From: an uncultured Rhodospirillaceae bacterium
GTDB lineage: Bacteria; Pseudomonadota; Alphaproteobacteria; UBA2966
Assembly: GCA_964343605.1 (NCBI GenBank)
Contig: CAYFKJ010000001.1
Span: 959,535 to 1,023,534 of the forward strand
Length of the DNA: 64,000 nt
Reading direction: 5' to 3'
How positions within the stretch are numbered: position 1 is the stretch's first letter; every line of letters starts with the position of its first letter. Both the position numbers and the translations under genes were made by a program. The notes beneath the pieces are model-generated. The model did no database searches, had not been told where the DNA came from, and worked only from the letters and a program-made list of their open reading frames with translations. Of this stretch, positions 38,616-47,179 are shown piece after piece.

Positions 38616-39650
38616 TCAGGCGGCGCTTGAAGAGGTTTCCGCCGGATTGGCCAGCGCGTTGAAGGCCGCCAGCGAAGCCTCGATTTTTTCTTGAGACAGC
38701 TCCCGCACAATAAAGATCAAGCGTGAGCGCCGATCGGTGTCGGGCCAGGTTTCCAGGTGTACCGGCGGGTGCACGACATGCTGTACGCCGTTAATCAGAA
38801 CCGGCGTGTTCACGTCCGCCACATTCAACATGCCCTTCAGGCGCAGGACCTTGTCGCCGTGGCGGTTGAGCAGCATGGTCATCCAGATGCCGAAGGCCGT
38901 CCAGTCGAGCGGCCGGTCGAAGGTTAGGGCGAAGGAATAGACGCCTTCGGTATGGCTGTGGTCGTGACCGGCGTGGTCGTCTCCCTCCAGCCAGTCGGCC
39001 ACCTCCCTGGCTTTGCCATCCGGATCATGGATGTCCTCGACGATCAGGCGTGCAGGTGAAAGATCGTCGAACTGGGCGTCAAACAGGGGAGCGGAAAGGT
39101 TGATGTGCGCTAGCGCGATCTTCAGGTCTTCGACCTCATCGGGGGCGGCCAGATCGGTCTTGGTGATGACGATACGGTCGGCCACCGCCACCTGCTTTTC
39201 CGATTCCTCGAATTCCACCAGCCCAGCGGGGCCGTTGACGGCATCCACGGTCGTGATGACGTTGCCCAGGCGGAAATGGTGTTGCAGCACCGGTTCGGCC
39301 AGCACCGTGTAGGCGATGGGCACCGGATCGGCGAGGCCGGAGGTTTCGATCACCACCCGCTTGAAGGCGGGGATCTCGCCGCGTTCGCGCTGCGAATAAA
39401 GCTCGCGCAAACTCTCCTGCAGATCGCCCCGGATGGCGCAGCAGAGGCAGCCGTTGTCCATCAGCAAAGTGTTTTCCGTTACCTCCTGCAGGAGATGGTG
39501 ATCGAGCCCCACTTCGCCGAATTCGTTGACCAGCACGGCGGTGTCGGTGAGAAGAGGTGATTCAAGCAAACCCTTCAGTAGGGTCGTCTTGCCGCTGCCG
39601 AGAAAGCCGGTGACGACGTTGACCGGGATGAAGGTCGAATATTCGCTCAT
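38616..39650 (-). CDS. COG0523 / CobW-type G3E GTPase (metallochaperone family)
   Basis: Start re-set to ATG 39650 (MSEYSTFIPVNVVTGFLGSGKTTLL, Walker A). CxCC metal motif (GCLCCAI). C-terminal CobW_C domain. The 5' part of the track ORF is an Arg/Gly-rich overlap artefact. Confidence 0.8.
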   Translation of the reverse strand: MSEYSTFIPVNVVTGFLGSGKTTLLKGLLESPLLTDTAVLVNEFGEVGLDHHLLQEVTENTLLMDNGCLCCAIRGDLQESLRELYSQRERGEIPAFKRVVIETSGLADPVPIAYTVLAEPVLQHHFRLGNVITTVDAVNGPAGLVEFEESEKQVAVADRIVITKTDLAAPDEVEDLKIALAHINLSAPLFDAQFDDLSPARLIVEDIHDPDGKAREVADWLEGDDHAGHDHSHTEGVYSFALTFDRPLDWTAFGIWMTMLLNRHGDKVLRLKGMLNVADVNTPVLINGVQHVVHPPVHLETWPDTDRRSRLIFIVRELSQEKIEASLAAFNALANPAETSSSAA

Positions 39651-39973
39651 GACGCATCCCGGAGCGCGGCGATCAGGTCTTCGTCCAGCGGGTCGCATTC
39701 CCGCCCGGTCATGGCCTCCGCCTCGGCCCACATCTGCGAGAGATTGTCCACCAGCGCCGTCTTGCCCGTGCCGCCGCGCAAGACATAGGAGGCGGCGTTC
39801 CAGTCCTTGAGGCTCAGGGCGTAGTGGCCGAGCACCCGGTTGACCAGCGCCGTCCGTACCTGACGTTCGCGCGCGAGCGTGTGGCTGTCGCCGCGTCCCG
39901 CGAAGGCACCGGGGTTGGTCGCCGGATCGGTCCAGTGTCCGCGGCCGCCGAGGATGCCGCAGAGACCGCACAT
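39647..39973 (-). CDS. Small hypothetical protein with N-terminal CGLCG motif, translationally coupled (ATGA) to COG0523 GTPase
   Basis: 108 aa, MCGLCGILGGRGHWTDP.... Reasonable coding composition. 4-nt overlap with the downstream GTPase start. No family recognised. Confidence 0.45.
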   Translation of the reverse strand: MCGLCGILGGRGHWTDPATNPGAFAGRGDSHTLARERQVRTALVNRVLGHYALSLKDWNAASYVLRGGTGKTALVDNLSQMWAEAEAMTGRECDPLDEDLIAALRDAS

Positions 39974-39991
39974 GAGCCTTATCTCCCGCCG

Positions 39992-41020
39992 CTACTCCGC
40001 CGCCCGGGACGATTGTCCCCTCGGGAAGCGGCGGGCGAAGTCGTCGGCGATTTCATCGAAGGTGCAGAAGCGCACGCCGGCGTGGCCCATGATGTAGTTT
40101 AGGATGCGCTCCAGCATCAACTGCACCTGCGGCCGTCCCGACACGTCGGGATGGATGGTCAGCGTGTAGACCGCGTAATCATACTCCCGGTAGACCCAGT
40201 CGAACTGGTCGCGCCAGATGTCCTCGATGTCGCGCGGATTGACGAAACCATGGCTGTTGGGCGAGCCCTTGATGAACATCATCGGCGGCAGGTCGTCGAG
40301 GTACCAACTGCCGGGGATGTCGATCAGATCGGTCTCGGTGCCGCGCACCAGCGGCTTCATCCACTCGTCCGGATGCTTGGAGTAATCGATGGGCGTCCAA
40401 CTGTCACCGACCCGCACGTAGAAGGGATGGAAGTCGTCGTTCATCAGGCTGTGGTCGTACTTAATGCCCTTGGCCAACAACAATTCGTTGGTCACCGGGC
40501 TGAACTCCCACCAGGGCGCCACGTACCCCGTCGGGCGGCGGCCGCACAGGCGTTCGATCAGTTCGATGCACTTGTCCAGCACGCGCTCTTCCTGTTCGGG
40601 CGTCATGGCGATGGGATTCTCGTGGGAATAGCCGTGCATGCCGATCTCGTGACCGGCGTCGACCACCATCTGGCATTCCTTGGGGAAGGTTTCGATGGAG
40701 TGGCCCGGAATGAACCAGGTGGTGGGGATTTGAAGCTTATCAAAGAGGCGCACCATGCGCGGCGTTCCAACCTCGCCGGCAAACAGACCGCGGGAGATGT
40801 CGCAGGGCGAATCCTCGCCGCCGTAGGAACCCAGCCAACCCGCTACCGCATCGACATCGACGCCGACGGCGCAAAGGATTTCCTTTTTTCCGCCGCTGCC
40901 GCTGCCGGCAAGCGAGTGCGACGCGATGGACCGCGATGCCGCCGATGATGAAAACGTCGGACGGGGTTGATAGCGGCCGCCGCTGGAACCCCTGCCGCCG
41001 GAACCATACGCGTTGCTCAT
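39992..41020 (-). CDS. Polysaccharide deacetylase (CE4) family protein, PuuE-allantoinase-like, with Gly/Ser-rich N-terminal region
   Basis: CE4 core ([36 protein letters not shown]...YVAPWWEFS). N-terminal 50 aa low complexity ([12 protein letters not shown]...SGSGG). Confidence 0.72.
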   Translation of the reverse strand: MSNAYGSGGRGSSGGRYQPRPTFSSSAASRSIASHSLAGSGSGGKKEILCAVGVDVDAVAGWLGSYGGEDSPCDISRGLFAGEVGTPRMVRLFDKLQIPTTWFIPGHSIETFPKECQMVVDAGHEIGMHGYSHENPIAMTPEQEERVLDKCIELIERLCGRRPTGYVAPWWEFSPVTNELLLAKGIKYDHSLMNDDFHPFYVRVGDSWTPIDYSKHPDEWMKPLVRGTETDLIDIPGSWYLDDLPPMMFIKGSPNSHGFVNPRDIEDIWRDQFDWVYREYDYAVYTLTIHPDVSGRPQVQLMLERILNYIMGHAGVRFCTFDEIADDFARRFPRGQSSRAAE

Positions 41021-41195
41021 GGAGCGTCCCTCCCTCGTTACGGCTTCCCCGATGCTTGGTCGGGAAATGTCCGCGTTCAGTTTGACACAAGCCCTGCAAG
41101 GGGAGTCAAGCTAGTCGTACGCCTGGCGGAGCGCTACCATTTCACCCGCACCGGCCTTGGCGTATACTTGGCGGAAGGAATCTGGGAGGGGCAAA

Positions 41196-41893
41196 TGACG
41201 GATTGGCAGAAAGATACGCTGGCGAGTTACCAGAGCAAGGGCTTCGCCGAGCGCGCCGGCTATGGCCGGCGGCCGGCACTGCTGGTCGTTGACTTCATCA
41301 ACGGCTTCACCGATCCCTCATCGCCGCTGGGCGGTGACTTCTCCAGCGAACTCGCGGCCACGGGAAAACTCCTGGACGCCTTCCGCCGGGCGGCGCTGCC
41401 CATCGCTTACACCACCATCGAATACGATGCCGATTTCCGCGACGCCGGCGTCTTCATCAAGAAGGTGCCGTCACTCGCCGTGCTGCTCAGGGGCTCGCCC
41501 ATGTGCGCCATCGACGACCGCATCCGGCCGCAGGGCAACGACTACATCATCTCCAAGAAGTACGCCTCCGCCTTCTTCGGCACCAACCTCGACACTTTCC
41601 TGAAGACCCAGGGCGCTGATACGGTCATCATCACCGGCTGCACCACCAGCGGCTGCGTCCGGGCGTCGGCCGTCGATTCGCTGCAGTCGGGCTACTACAC
41701 CATCGTTGTCGAGGAAGCCGTGGGCGACCGCGCCCAGGGACCCCACGAGGCCAATCTCTTCGACATGGACGCCAAATACGCCGATGTGGTGTCGCTTGAG
41801 GAGGCGTTGGGTTATCTGGGTAGCCTGGGCGAGGCCAACGGCCAATCGAACGGCGCTTCGGAAGAATTTCAGCGCTGGTGGAACCGGGGATAG
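41196..41893 (+). CDS. Isochorismatase-family cysteine hydrolase (N-carbamoylsarcosine amidase / RutB-like)
   Basis: ATG 41196 after gggagggg. Catalytic-triad context LLVVDFINGF (Asp) ... IITGCTTSGCVRASAVD (Cys). Confidence 0.8.
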
Positions 41894-41911
41894 GGAAAGG
41901 CGGTCAACGCA

Positions 41912-42136
41912 ATGCCGAAAAAAATCTCCTCCGCCTTCGATGACCTGCTGGCCGGTAACAAAGAGGCTTTCAACGATCTGTTGGGCACGGACCGCGCGTC
42001 CCGTCTTCCGTCGCGACCGGCTCCGCCCATCCGCAAACCCAGCTCCGCCAGCGAAGAGGACGCATCTCCCGGCGAGACCACGGTTCACGAAGGCACCGCC
42101 AACGGCATTCCCTTCCGCCTCACCACCGACCGCTAA
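41912..42136 (+). CDS. Small hypothetical protein (74 aa), Pro/Ser-rich C-terminal half
   Basis: ORF with high GC3, 18 nt after the isochorismatase-family gene. No recognisable domain. Confidence 0.3.
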   Translation: MPKKISSAFDDLLAGNKEAFNDLLGTDRASRLPSRPAPPIRKPSSASEEDASPGETTVHEGTANGIPFRLTTDR

Positions 42137-42169
42137 TTTGGTGTCAGGCACTTAATTATTATTAACGGG
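42137..42169. repeat. 33-bp AT-rich direct repeat, copy 1 (TTTGGTGTCAGGCACTTAATTATTATTAACGGG)
   Basis: 32/33 identical to 43882-43914. Overlaps the stop codon of the minus-strand HMGL-like gene. Strongly AT-rich core in a 65% GC context. Confidence 0.5.
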
Positions 42170-43091
42170 CGGCGACCTCGGGGAACAAGCCGGCCTTCAT
42201 GACCTGTCCCGGCAGCGGGGCATCGAAAAAGCTTTCCGTCCATTCCGCGACATCAATAAGGCCGTCGAGATCGATACCGGTCTCGTAGCCCATGTTGCGC
42301 AGGAGGTAGCCGAGATCTTCCGTCGCAATATTGCCGGTGGCGCGTGGCGCAAATGGACAGCCGCCGATGCCGCCCACCGAACTGTCCAGCAGGCGAACGC
42401 CCGCGAGGACCGCCGCCGCCGCATTGGCGATGCCGGTGTTGCGGGTGTTGTGGAAGTGGCAGCCGAGCGGCACACCAGCGCCGACGACCTCGCGGACCGC
42501 GTCGATGCGTTCGGCGATCTGGTTGGGCACGGCGCAACCGATGGTATCGGCAAGCACGATCTCGTTGGCTCCCGCCGCCGACAGCCGGTCAGCGCAAGTG
42601 GCGACCTGCCCAATGGCGATCTCCCCCTCGAACGGACAGCCGAAAGCTGCGGCGATAACGGCAGAGATTTTCAAACCGGCTCCGGTGACCCGGCCGGCCA
42701 CGTTCTCGAAGATCTTCAGCGATTCCTCAACACTGGCGCCCTGGTTTTTTTGGCTGAAGGTTTCCGACGCCACAATGACGTAGCGTACCTCGTCGCAGCC
42801 GGCCTCGATGGCGCGCTCGACACCGCGAAGATTGAGAGCCAGGCCTGTCAGGCTCAGTCCGTCGACGCGCGACACTTTGGCCATCACCTCTTCGGCGTCG
42901 GCCATTTGCGGCACGCGTTTGGGATTGACGAAGCTGACGGCCTCCATCCGCCGGATGCCGGTCGCCACAAGGCGGTCGATCAGCTCGACCCGTTCGTCTA
43001 CGCTCCAAAGGCGTTTTTCGCTTTGCAGTCCGTCCCGCGGACCGACCTCGCAGATTTCAATCCTGTTGTCAGCGCCGTTTATTGCCGTCAT
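42162..43091 (-). CDS. HMG-CoA lyase-like (HMGL-like / pyruvate carboxyltransferase TIM-barrel family) protein
   Basis: 309 aa. N-terminal EVGPRDGLQSE motif. Metal-ligand HxH region (CHFHNTRNTGIANAAAAVLAG). Confidence 0.85.
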   Translation of the reverse strand: MTAINGADNRIEICEVGPRDGLQSEKRLWSVDERVELIDRLVATGIRRMEAVSFVNPKRVPQMADAEEVMAKVSRVDGLSLTGLALNLRGVERAIEAGCDEVRYVIVASETFSQKNQGASVEESLKIFENVAGRVTGAGLKISAVIAAAFGCPFEGEIAIGQVATCADRLSAAGANEIVLADTIGCAVPNQIAERIDAVREVVGAGVPLGCHFHNTRNTGIANAAAAVLAGVRLLDSSVGGIGGCPFAPRATGNIATEDLGYLLRNMGYETGIDLDGLIDVAEWTESFFDAPLPGQVMKAGLFPEVAAR

Positions 43092-43162
43092 TTTGAATGT
43101 CCGATCGTTTATCGACGTAAGTGCGATAACACAGTTTACACCATCGGGGGAGACCGAACGTC

Positions 43163-43858
43163 ATGTTTGAAGGCCAACCAATCGTAGAAGATGCCGCCCG
43201 GGTATTCGACGTCGTACGCGGCGGCGGCGTTGCCATATTCCCGGTCAGCGTGGGCTACGCCATCGTCGGTCACGAGGAAGAGGCGGTTTCACGCATCTAC
43301 ACCGCCAAGGAAAGGTCGTTTGAAAAACCCTGCGGTAATTTTTGCGACTGGCAGCTTTTCAACGAGGCAATCGAGTGTCCGCAGCAGGGCCGCGACGTTG
43401 TCGATACCATTATCCATACCCACAACCTCCCGTTCTCCATCGTCGCTCCCTTCCGGGCGGACCATGCGGTCATCCGCAGCCTGCCGCCCTTCGCCCTCAA
43501 GAACGCAACGAAGGCCGGGACCATGGACATGCTGCTGAACGCCGGGCCCCTGCACGACGAAATCGCCCGTTTGGCGCGCGAGAACGAGTTTGCGGTCGTG
43601 GGATCGTCGGCCAACCGCTCGCTGACGGGCAGCAAATTCGTCTTCGAGGATATCGAGGACCAGGTCGTCGAGGTGGCTGACATCACCATCGACTACGGAT
43701 TGGTGCCCTACGCCACCCCCGGCGGCTTGGGCAGCACCATCGTCGACCTGATCTCCTACGAGACCATCCGTGTCGGCGCGGTCTACGACCAGATCTGCGA
43801 GATCCTTTTGGAGACCCACGATATTGATTTGAAAGGCATCATGGCGGCGAAGGCCTGA
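43163..43858 (+). CDS. YrdC/YciO/Sua5-family protein (L-threonylcarbamoyladenylate synthase fold)
   Basis: 231 aa. YrdC motifs (GGVAIFPVSVGYAIVG; KERSFEKP; SSANRSLTGS; GGLGSTIVDL; IRVGAV). Confidence 0.75.
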   Translation: MFEGQPIVEDAARVFDVVRGGGVAIFPVSVGYAIVGHEEEAVSRIYTAKERSFEKPCGNFCDWQLFNEAIECPQQGRDVVDTIIHTHNLPFSIVAPFRADHAVIRSLPPFALKNATKAGTMDMLLNAGPLHDEIARLARENEFAVVGSSANRSLTGSKFVFEDIEDQVVEVADITIDYGLVPYATPGGLGSTIVDLISYETIRVGAVYDQICEILLETHDIDLKGIMAAKA

Positions 43859-43881
43859 TCCTCACGGTCAGGTGTCGACAG

Positions 43882-43914
43882 TTTGGTGTCAGGCACTTAA
43901 TTATTGTTAACGGG
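43882..43914. repeat. 33-bp AT-rich direct repeat, copy 2 (TTTGGTGTCAGGCACTTAATTATTGTTAACGGG)
   Basis: Direct repeat of 42137-42169, 24 nt after the yrdC-like stop. A partial third copy (caGGTGTCgaCA) lies just upstream. Confidence 0.5.
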
Positions 43915-43917
43915 GCT

Positions 43918-43940
43918 GGCACTCTCTGCCCAAGAGTGCC
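43918..43940 (+). terminator. Hairpin followed by AT-rich tract downstream of yrdC-like gene
   Basis: ggcactct-ctgccca-agagtgcc (perfect 8-bp stem), then aataacatattgtaattaaa. Confidence 0.4.
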
Positions 43941-44046
43941 AATAACATATTGTAATTAAACGAAAAATTTGACGTTGATTCGCTTCGCCTCCATATTATT
44001 GGCAGGGTCGACCTGAACGAATGCGTCATTTTTCGGAGGGTTACAG

Positions 44047-44307
44047 ATGTCGTTGAAACTGCAACTTCAAGGCTACCGCCTGACGACCGCCAACATCACC
44101 TACCACATGCCCGATCATCCCCATTTGCTGCAGGAATTCATCTGGCAGAATATGGATATCGCACCGAGGTACCCCAAACTCACCAGGTTCCTCGATTTTT
44201 GGGAGCGCGAGATCGAAGGCGCACTGAACTCCGTGCGGGTGACGAGTTCGGAACTGATCACGCCGGCCGAGTTCAGGCTGGTCGGTCATTCCTTGACGCT
44301 GCACTAG
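44047..44307 (+). CDS. Usg-like small protein (PF06233-type)
   Basis: 86 aa, LTTANITYHMPDHPHLLQEFIWQNMDIAPRYPKL.... Recalled as matching the usg family of alphaproteobacteria. Confidence 0.5.
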   Translation: MSLKLQLQGYRLTTANITYHMPDHPHLLQEFIWQNMDIAPRYPKLTRFLDFWEREIEGALNSVRVTSSELITPAEFRLVGHSLTLH

Positions 44308-44477
44308 CCCCGCCCTGTAGTCACGATCTTTTGAGCCCGCCGGGTGGCGGCAAAGACCTATGATTTAAAGATCATCACGGTGGTGCCGGGGGACTGTGGA
44401 CCGGGTACGGCCCTCTCCCCCGCTTTCAGTCAAATTTGCAACAAACGTCAACCGAACCCGTTTTGGGGAGGGCAAAC

Positions 44478-45137
44478 ATGACATTGCGCATCAACGACCA
44501 AGCACCGAACTTCACGGCGGAAACAACGGAAGGCCAAATCGATTTCCATGAGTGGATCGGCGACGGCTGGGCCATTCTGTTCTCGCACCCCAAGGACTAC
44601 ACCCCGGTGTGCACGACGGAACTCGGCTATCTCGCGGGCCTCAAACCGGAATTCGACAAACGCAACTGCAAGATCCTGGGCCTCAGCGTCGATCCCATCG
44701 CCAGCCACGAAGGCTGGGCCAAGGACATCGAGGAAACCCAGGGACATGCCTTGAATTATCCCCTTGTGGGCGATTCCGATCTGGCAGTCGCTAAGCTCTA
44801 CGAGATGCTGCCGGCGGACGCCGGCGACAGTTCAGAAGGCCGCACGCCGGCCAACAATGCGACCGTGCGGACGGTCTTCCTGATCGGCCCGGACAAGAAC
44901 ATCAAGCTCTCGCTCACCTATCCCATGAGCACGGGCCGCAACTTCGACGAGGTCCTCAGGGTTCTCGACAGTTGCCAGCTCACCGCCGAGCACCAGGTCG
45001 CCACGCCGGTCAATTGGCATCCCGGCGAGGACGTGATCATCGTGCCGACGGTATCGGACGAGGAAGCCAAAGCGAAGTATCCGGACGGCTGGAACGCGCC
45101 GCTGCCCTACATGCGACTGGTGCCCCATCCGCATTAG
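44478..45137 (+). CDS. 1-Cys peroxiredoxin (Prx6-like)
   Basis: ATG 44478 after ggggaggg. Peroxidatic Cys motif HPKDYTPVCTTE. Thioredoxin fold. Confidence 0.85.
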   Translation: MTLRINDQAPNFTAETTEGQIDFHEWIGDGWAILFSHPKDYTPVCTTELGYLAGLKPEFDKRNCKILGLSVDPIASHEGWAKDIEETQGHALNYPLVGDSDLAVAKLYEMLPADAGDSSEGRTPANNATVRTVFLIGPDKNIKLSLTYPMSTGRNFDEVLRVLDSCQLTAEHQVATPVNWHPGEDVIIVPTVSDEEAKAKYPDGWNAPLPYMRLVPHPH

Positions 45138-45153
45138 GGGGATTTGAATTCAG

Positions 45154-45271
45154 CGTCATTCCCGCGAAAGCGGGAATCCATGCCTGAGCGTACAAGGATT
45201 GCAGCGCGGTATCATACGGAGAGACGACGGAATGGATTTCGGACAAGCGCTTCGCGCTTTCCGGAATGACG
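45154..45271. repeat. Structured palindromic intergenic element of about 118 bp (copy 2 of 2), between convergent peroxiredoxin and hyuB-like genes
   Basis: Terminal inverted repeats CGTCATTCC...CGGAATGACG. Hairpins TCCCGC-GAAA-GCGGGA and AAGCGC-TTC-GCGCTT. Shared AATCCATGCCTGAGC block with copy 1. Confidence 0.5.
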
Positions 45272-45280
45272 CCTTTCTAC

Positions 45281-47176
45281 CTACTCCGCCGCCTCGGCCG
45301 CCTTTCTGTTGCCCATCCATTTCTGGAAGACCGGCGTGGTGGGCGGGTCGAGGTGGGTGTCGGCCTTGCATCGGGCCTTGAGTTCCTCGACCGTGCCGCC
45401 CCGGTTGAAGAGCTCGATCTGGCCACGCTCGCTGGCCATTTTTCTCCGGAGATCGTCGGTACCCCTCTGATCGACGCTGAGATCGTTGTTGAGTATCACG
45501 CCGTACCGGCGCGCGCCTTCCGGCGTCACCAGACCGCGGTCCGCGTCCAGCGACACCTGGGCGGGGTCGCGTTCCAGGGGATCGCCCCAGCCACCGCCGC
45601 CCCAGGTGTTGAAGTAGAGCGTATCGCCCGCCGCCACTCTGACGCGGTCGCATTTTGAGACCATCCATTCGCTGGAGCCGTCGGCCCGCACCATCAGCTT
45701 GTCGCTGCGCTGGCCCGGCAGGCCACCGTTGACGCCCCAGGGATGGGTCAGCCAGCGGTCGTCGTGGATCGAGATTTCGCCGGGCTCGAGGAACTGATAG
45801 CCCATGGATAGTCCGTTGCCGCCGCGGTGCAGTCCGGGACCGCCGGAATCGGCAATGGTCTCGTACTTGACGATGCGCAGCGGGAAGTAGGCCTCGAGGA
45901 ATTCATTGGGCACGTTGGTAAAGGCGGGCCACAGCGAATGGCCGTCGGGACCGTCACCCGCGGGCCGGCCCGGCACGCCGCCGAATCCGATCTGGTAGAG
46001 CTGGTACCACTCGCCGTTCTTGTCGTAGCCCGAGTACATGAAATGCGGACTGTCGGAGAAGCCCGCTGCGCAGAGAGCTTCGGGCGAGCCCTGGCCCAAG
46101 AGGCCCGACATGATGTCGAAAATGCGGGCCAGCATGTGCGTCCGGGAGGAGAGAGCTGCCGGCCGGATGGGTTTCAGGATGGTGCCGCGCGGAATGCGCA
46201 CGTCCACCAGATCGTAGAAGCCGTCGTTGAAGAGGATCTGCGGATCGAAGATGTTGATGAAGAAGGAGCCCAGGAACATCTTGAACATCTCCTCATTGAG
46301 GAGAAAGTTCACCGAGGAAATGGACTGGGGATCGGTGCCCTCGAAATCGAAGATCACCCGGTCGCCTTCGCGCCACAAATGGCAAGCCACCTTGTAGGGT
46401 CCCATGCCGAGGCCGTCGTCGTCGATGTAATCCTCGAAGTACTGCTTGGTTTCCGGAACCACCATCTTGAGGATTTCGCCCATGGCCATCTTGTTGCGGT
46501 CGAGCATTTCCTCCATGGCGCAGACGAACCGGTCGACCCCGAAGCGGTCGACCATTTCCAAGACGCGCCGTTCCGCCAGGCGCAGGGCGGCGATGATGGC
46601 GTTGAAGTCCGACTTGTTCCATTCCGGCAGGCGGCAGTTCCTTAAGATGAGGTCGAGGATTTCGGTATTGAGCTCGCCCTTGCGGTAGATCTTCACCGGC
46701 GGGATCTGGATGCCTTCCTCGAAGACCTGGGCGGCGTCCGTCGGCAAGCTGCCCGGCACCTTGCCGCCGATGTCGGTCATATGGCCGAACATGGCGGCCC
46801 AGGCCACGACCCGGCCATCCACATAGATCGGCATCATGGTCAGCCAGTCGTTCAGGTGGCTGACGGCGCCATTAACGCCATATGGGTCGTTGGTGAGGAA
46901 AATGTCGCCTTCCTCGATGTCGCCTTCGTAGCCCTCGCGGAAGCCCGAGAAGAAGGAGCCGAATTGCCCCACCACCATCTTGCCGTCGGGATTTGCGATC
47001 ATGGGGAACGCATCATGCTGTTCGCGGATGCCCGGTGACATGGCGGTGCGGAACAGCACGGCGTCCATTTCGCTACGCGCGTTGCGAAGCGCGTTCTCGA
47101 CAATGTCCAGGGTGATCGGGTCGATCTCGACATTCTCGAAGGGCTTGGTGTTGCTCTGGATGACTCTGGCGGGCAT
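45281..47176 (-). CDS. Hydantoinase B / oxoprolinase family subunit (HyuB-like, paralog 2)
   Basis: 631 aa. ITLDIVENALRNARSEMDAVLFRTAMSPGIREQHDAFPM. Canonical length. Confidence 0.88.
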   Translation of the reverse strand: MPARVIQSNTKPFENVEIDPITLDIVENALRNARSEMDAVLFRTAMSPGIREQHDAFPMIANPDGKMVVGQFGSFFSGFREGYEGDIEEGDIFLTNDPYGVNGAVSHLNDWLTMMPIYVDGRVVAWAAMFGHMTDIGGKVPGSLPTDAAQVFEEGIQIPPVKIYRKGELNTEILDLILRNCRLPEWNKSDFNAIIAALRLAERRVLEMVDRFGVDRFVCAMEEMLDRNKMAMGEILKMVVPETKQYFEDYIDDDGLGMGPYKVACHLWREGDRVIFDFEGTDPQSISSVNFLLNEEMFKMFLGSFFINIFDPQILFNDGFYDLVDVRIPRGTILKPIRPAALSSRTHMLARIFDIMSGLLGQGSPEALCAAGFSDSPHFMYSGYDKNGEWYQLYQIGFGGVPGRPAGDGPDGHSLWPAFTNVPNEFLEAYFPLRIVKYETIADSGGPGLHRGGNGLSMGYQFLEPGEISIHDDRWLTHPWGVNGGLPGQRSDKLMVRADGSSEWMVSKCDRVRVAAGDTLYFNTWGGGGWGDPLERDPAQVSLDADRGLVTPEGARRYGVILNNDLSVDQRGTDDLRRKMASERGQIELFNRGGTVEELKARCKADTHLDPPTTPVFQKWMGNRKAAEAAE

Positions 47177-47179
47177 GGC

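Noticed and set aside
44300-44477. Imperfect palindrome ATGATttaaagATCAT upstream of peroxiredoxin as a possible PerR/Fur/OxyR box
   Set aside because: Only 5-bp arms and no match to known PerR/Fur consensus. Too weak to call.
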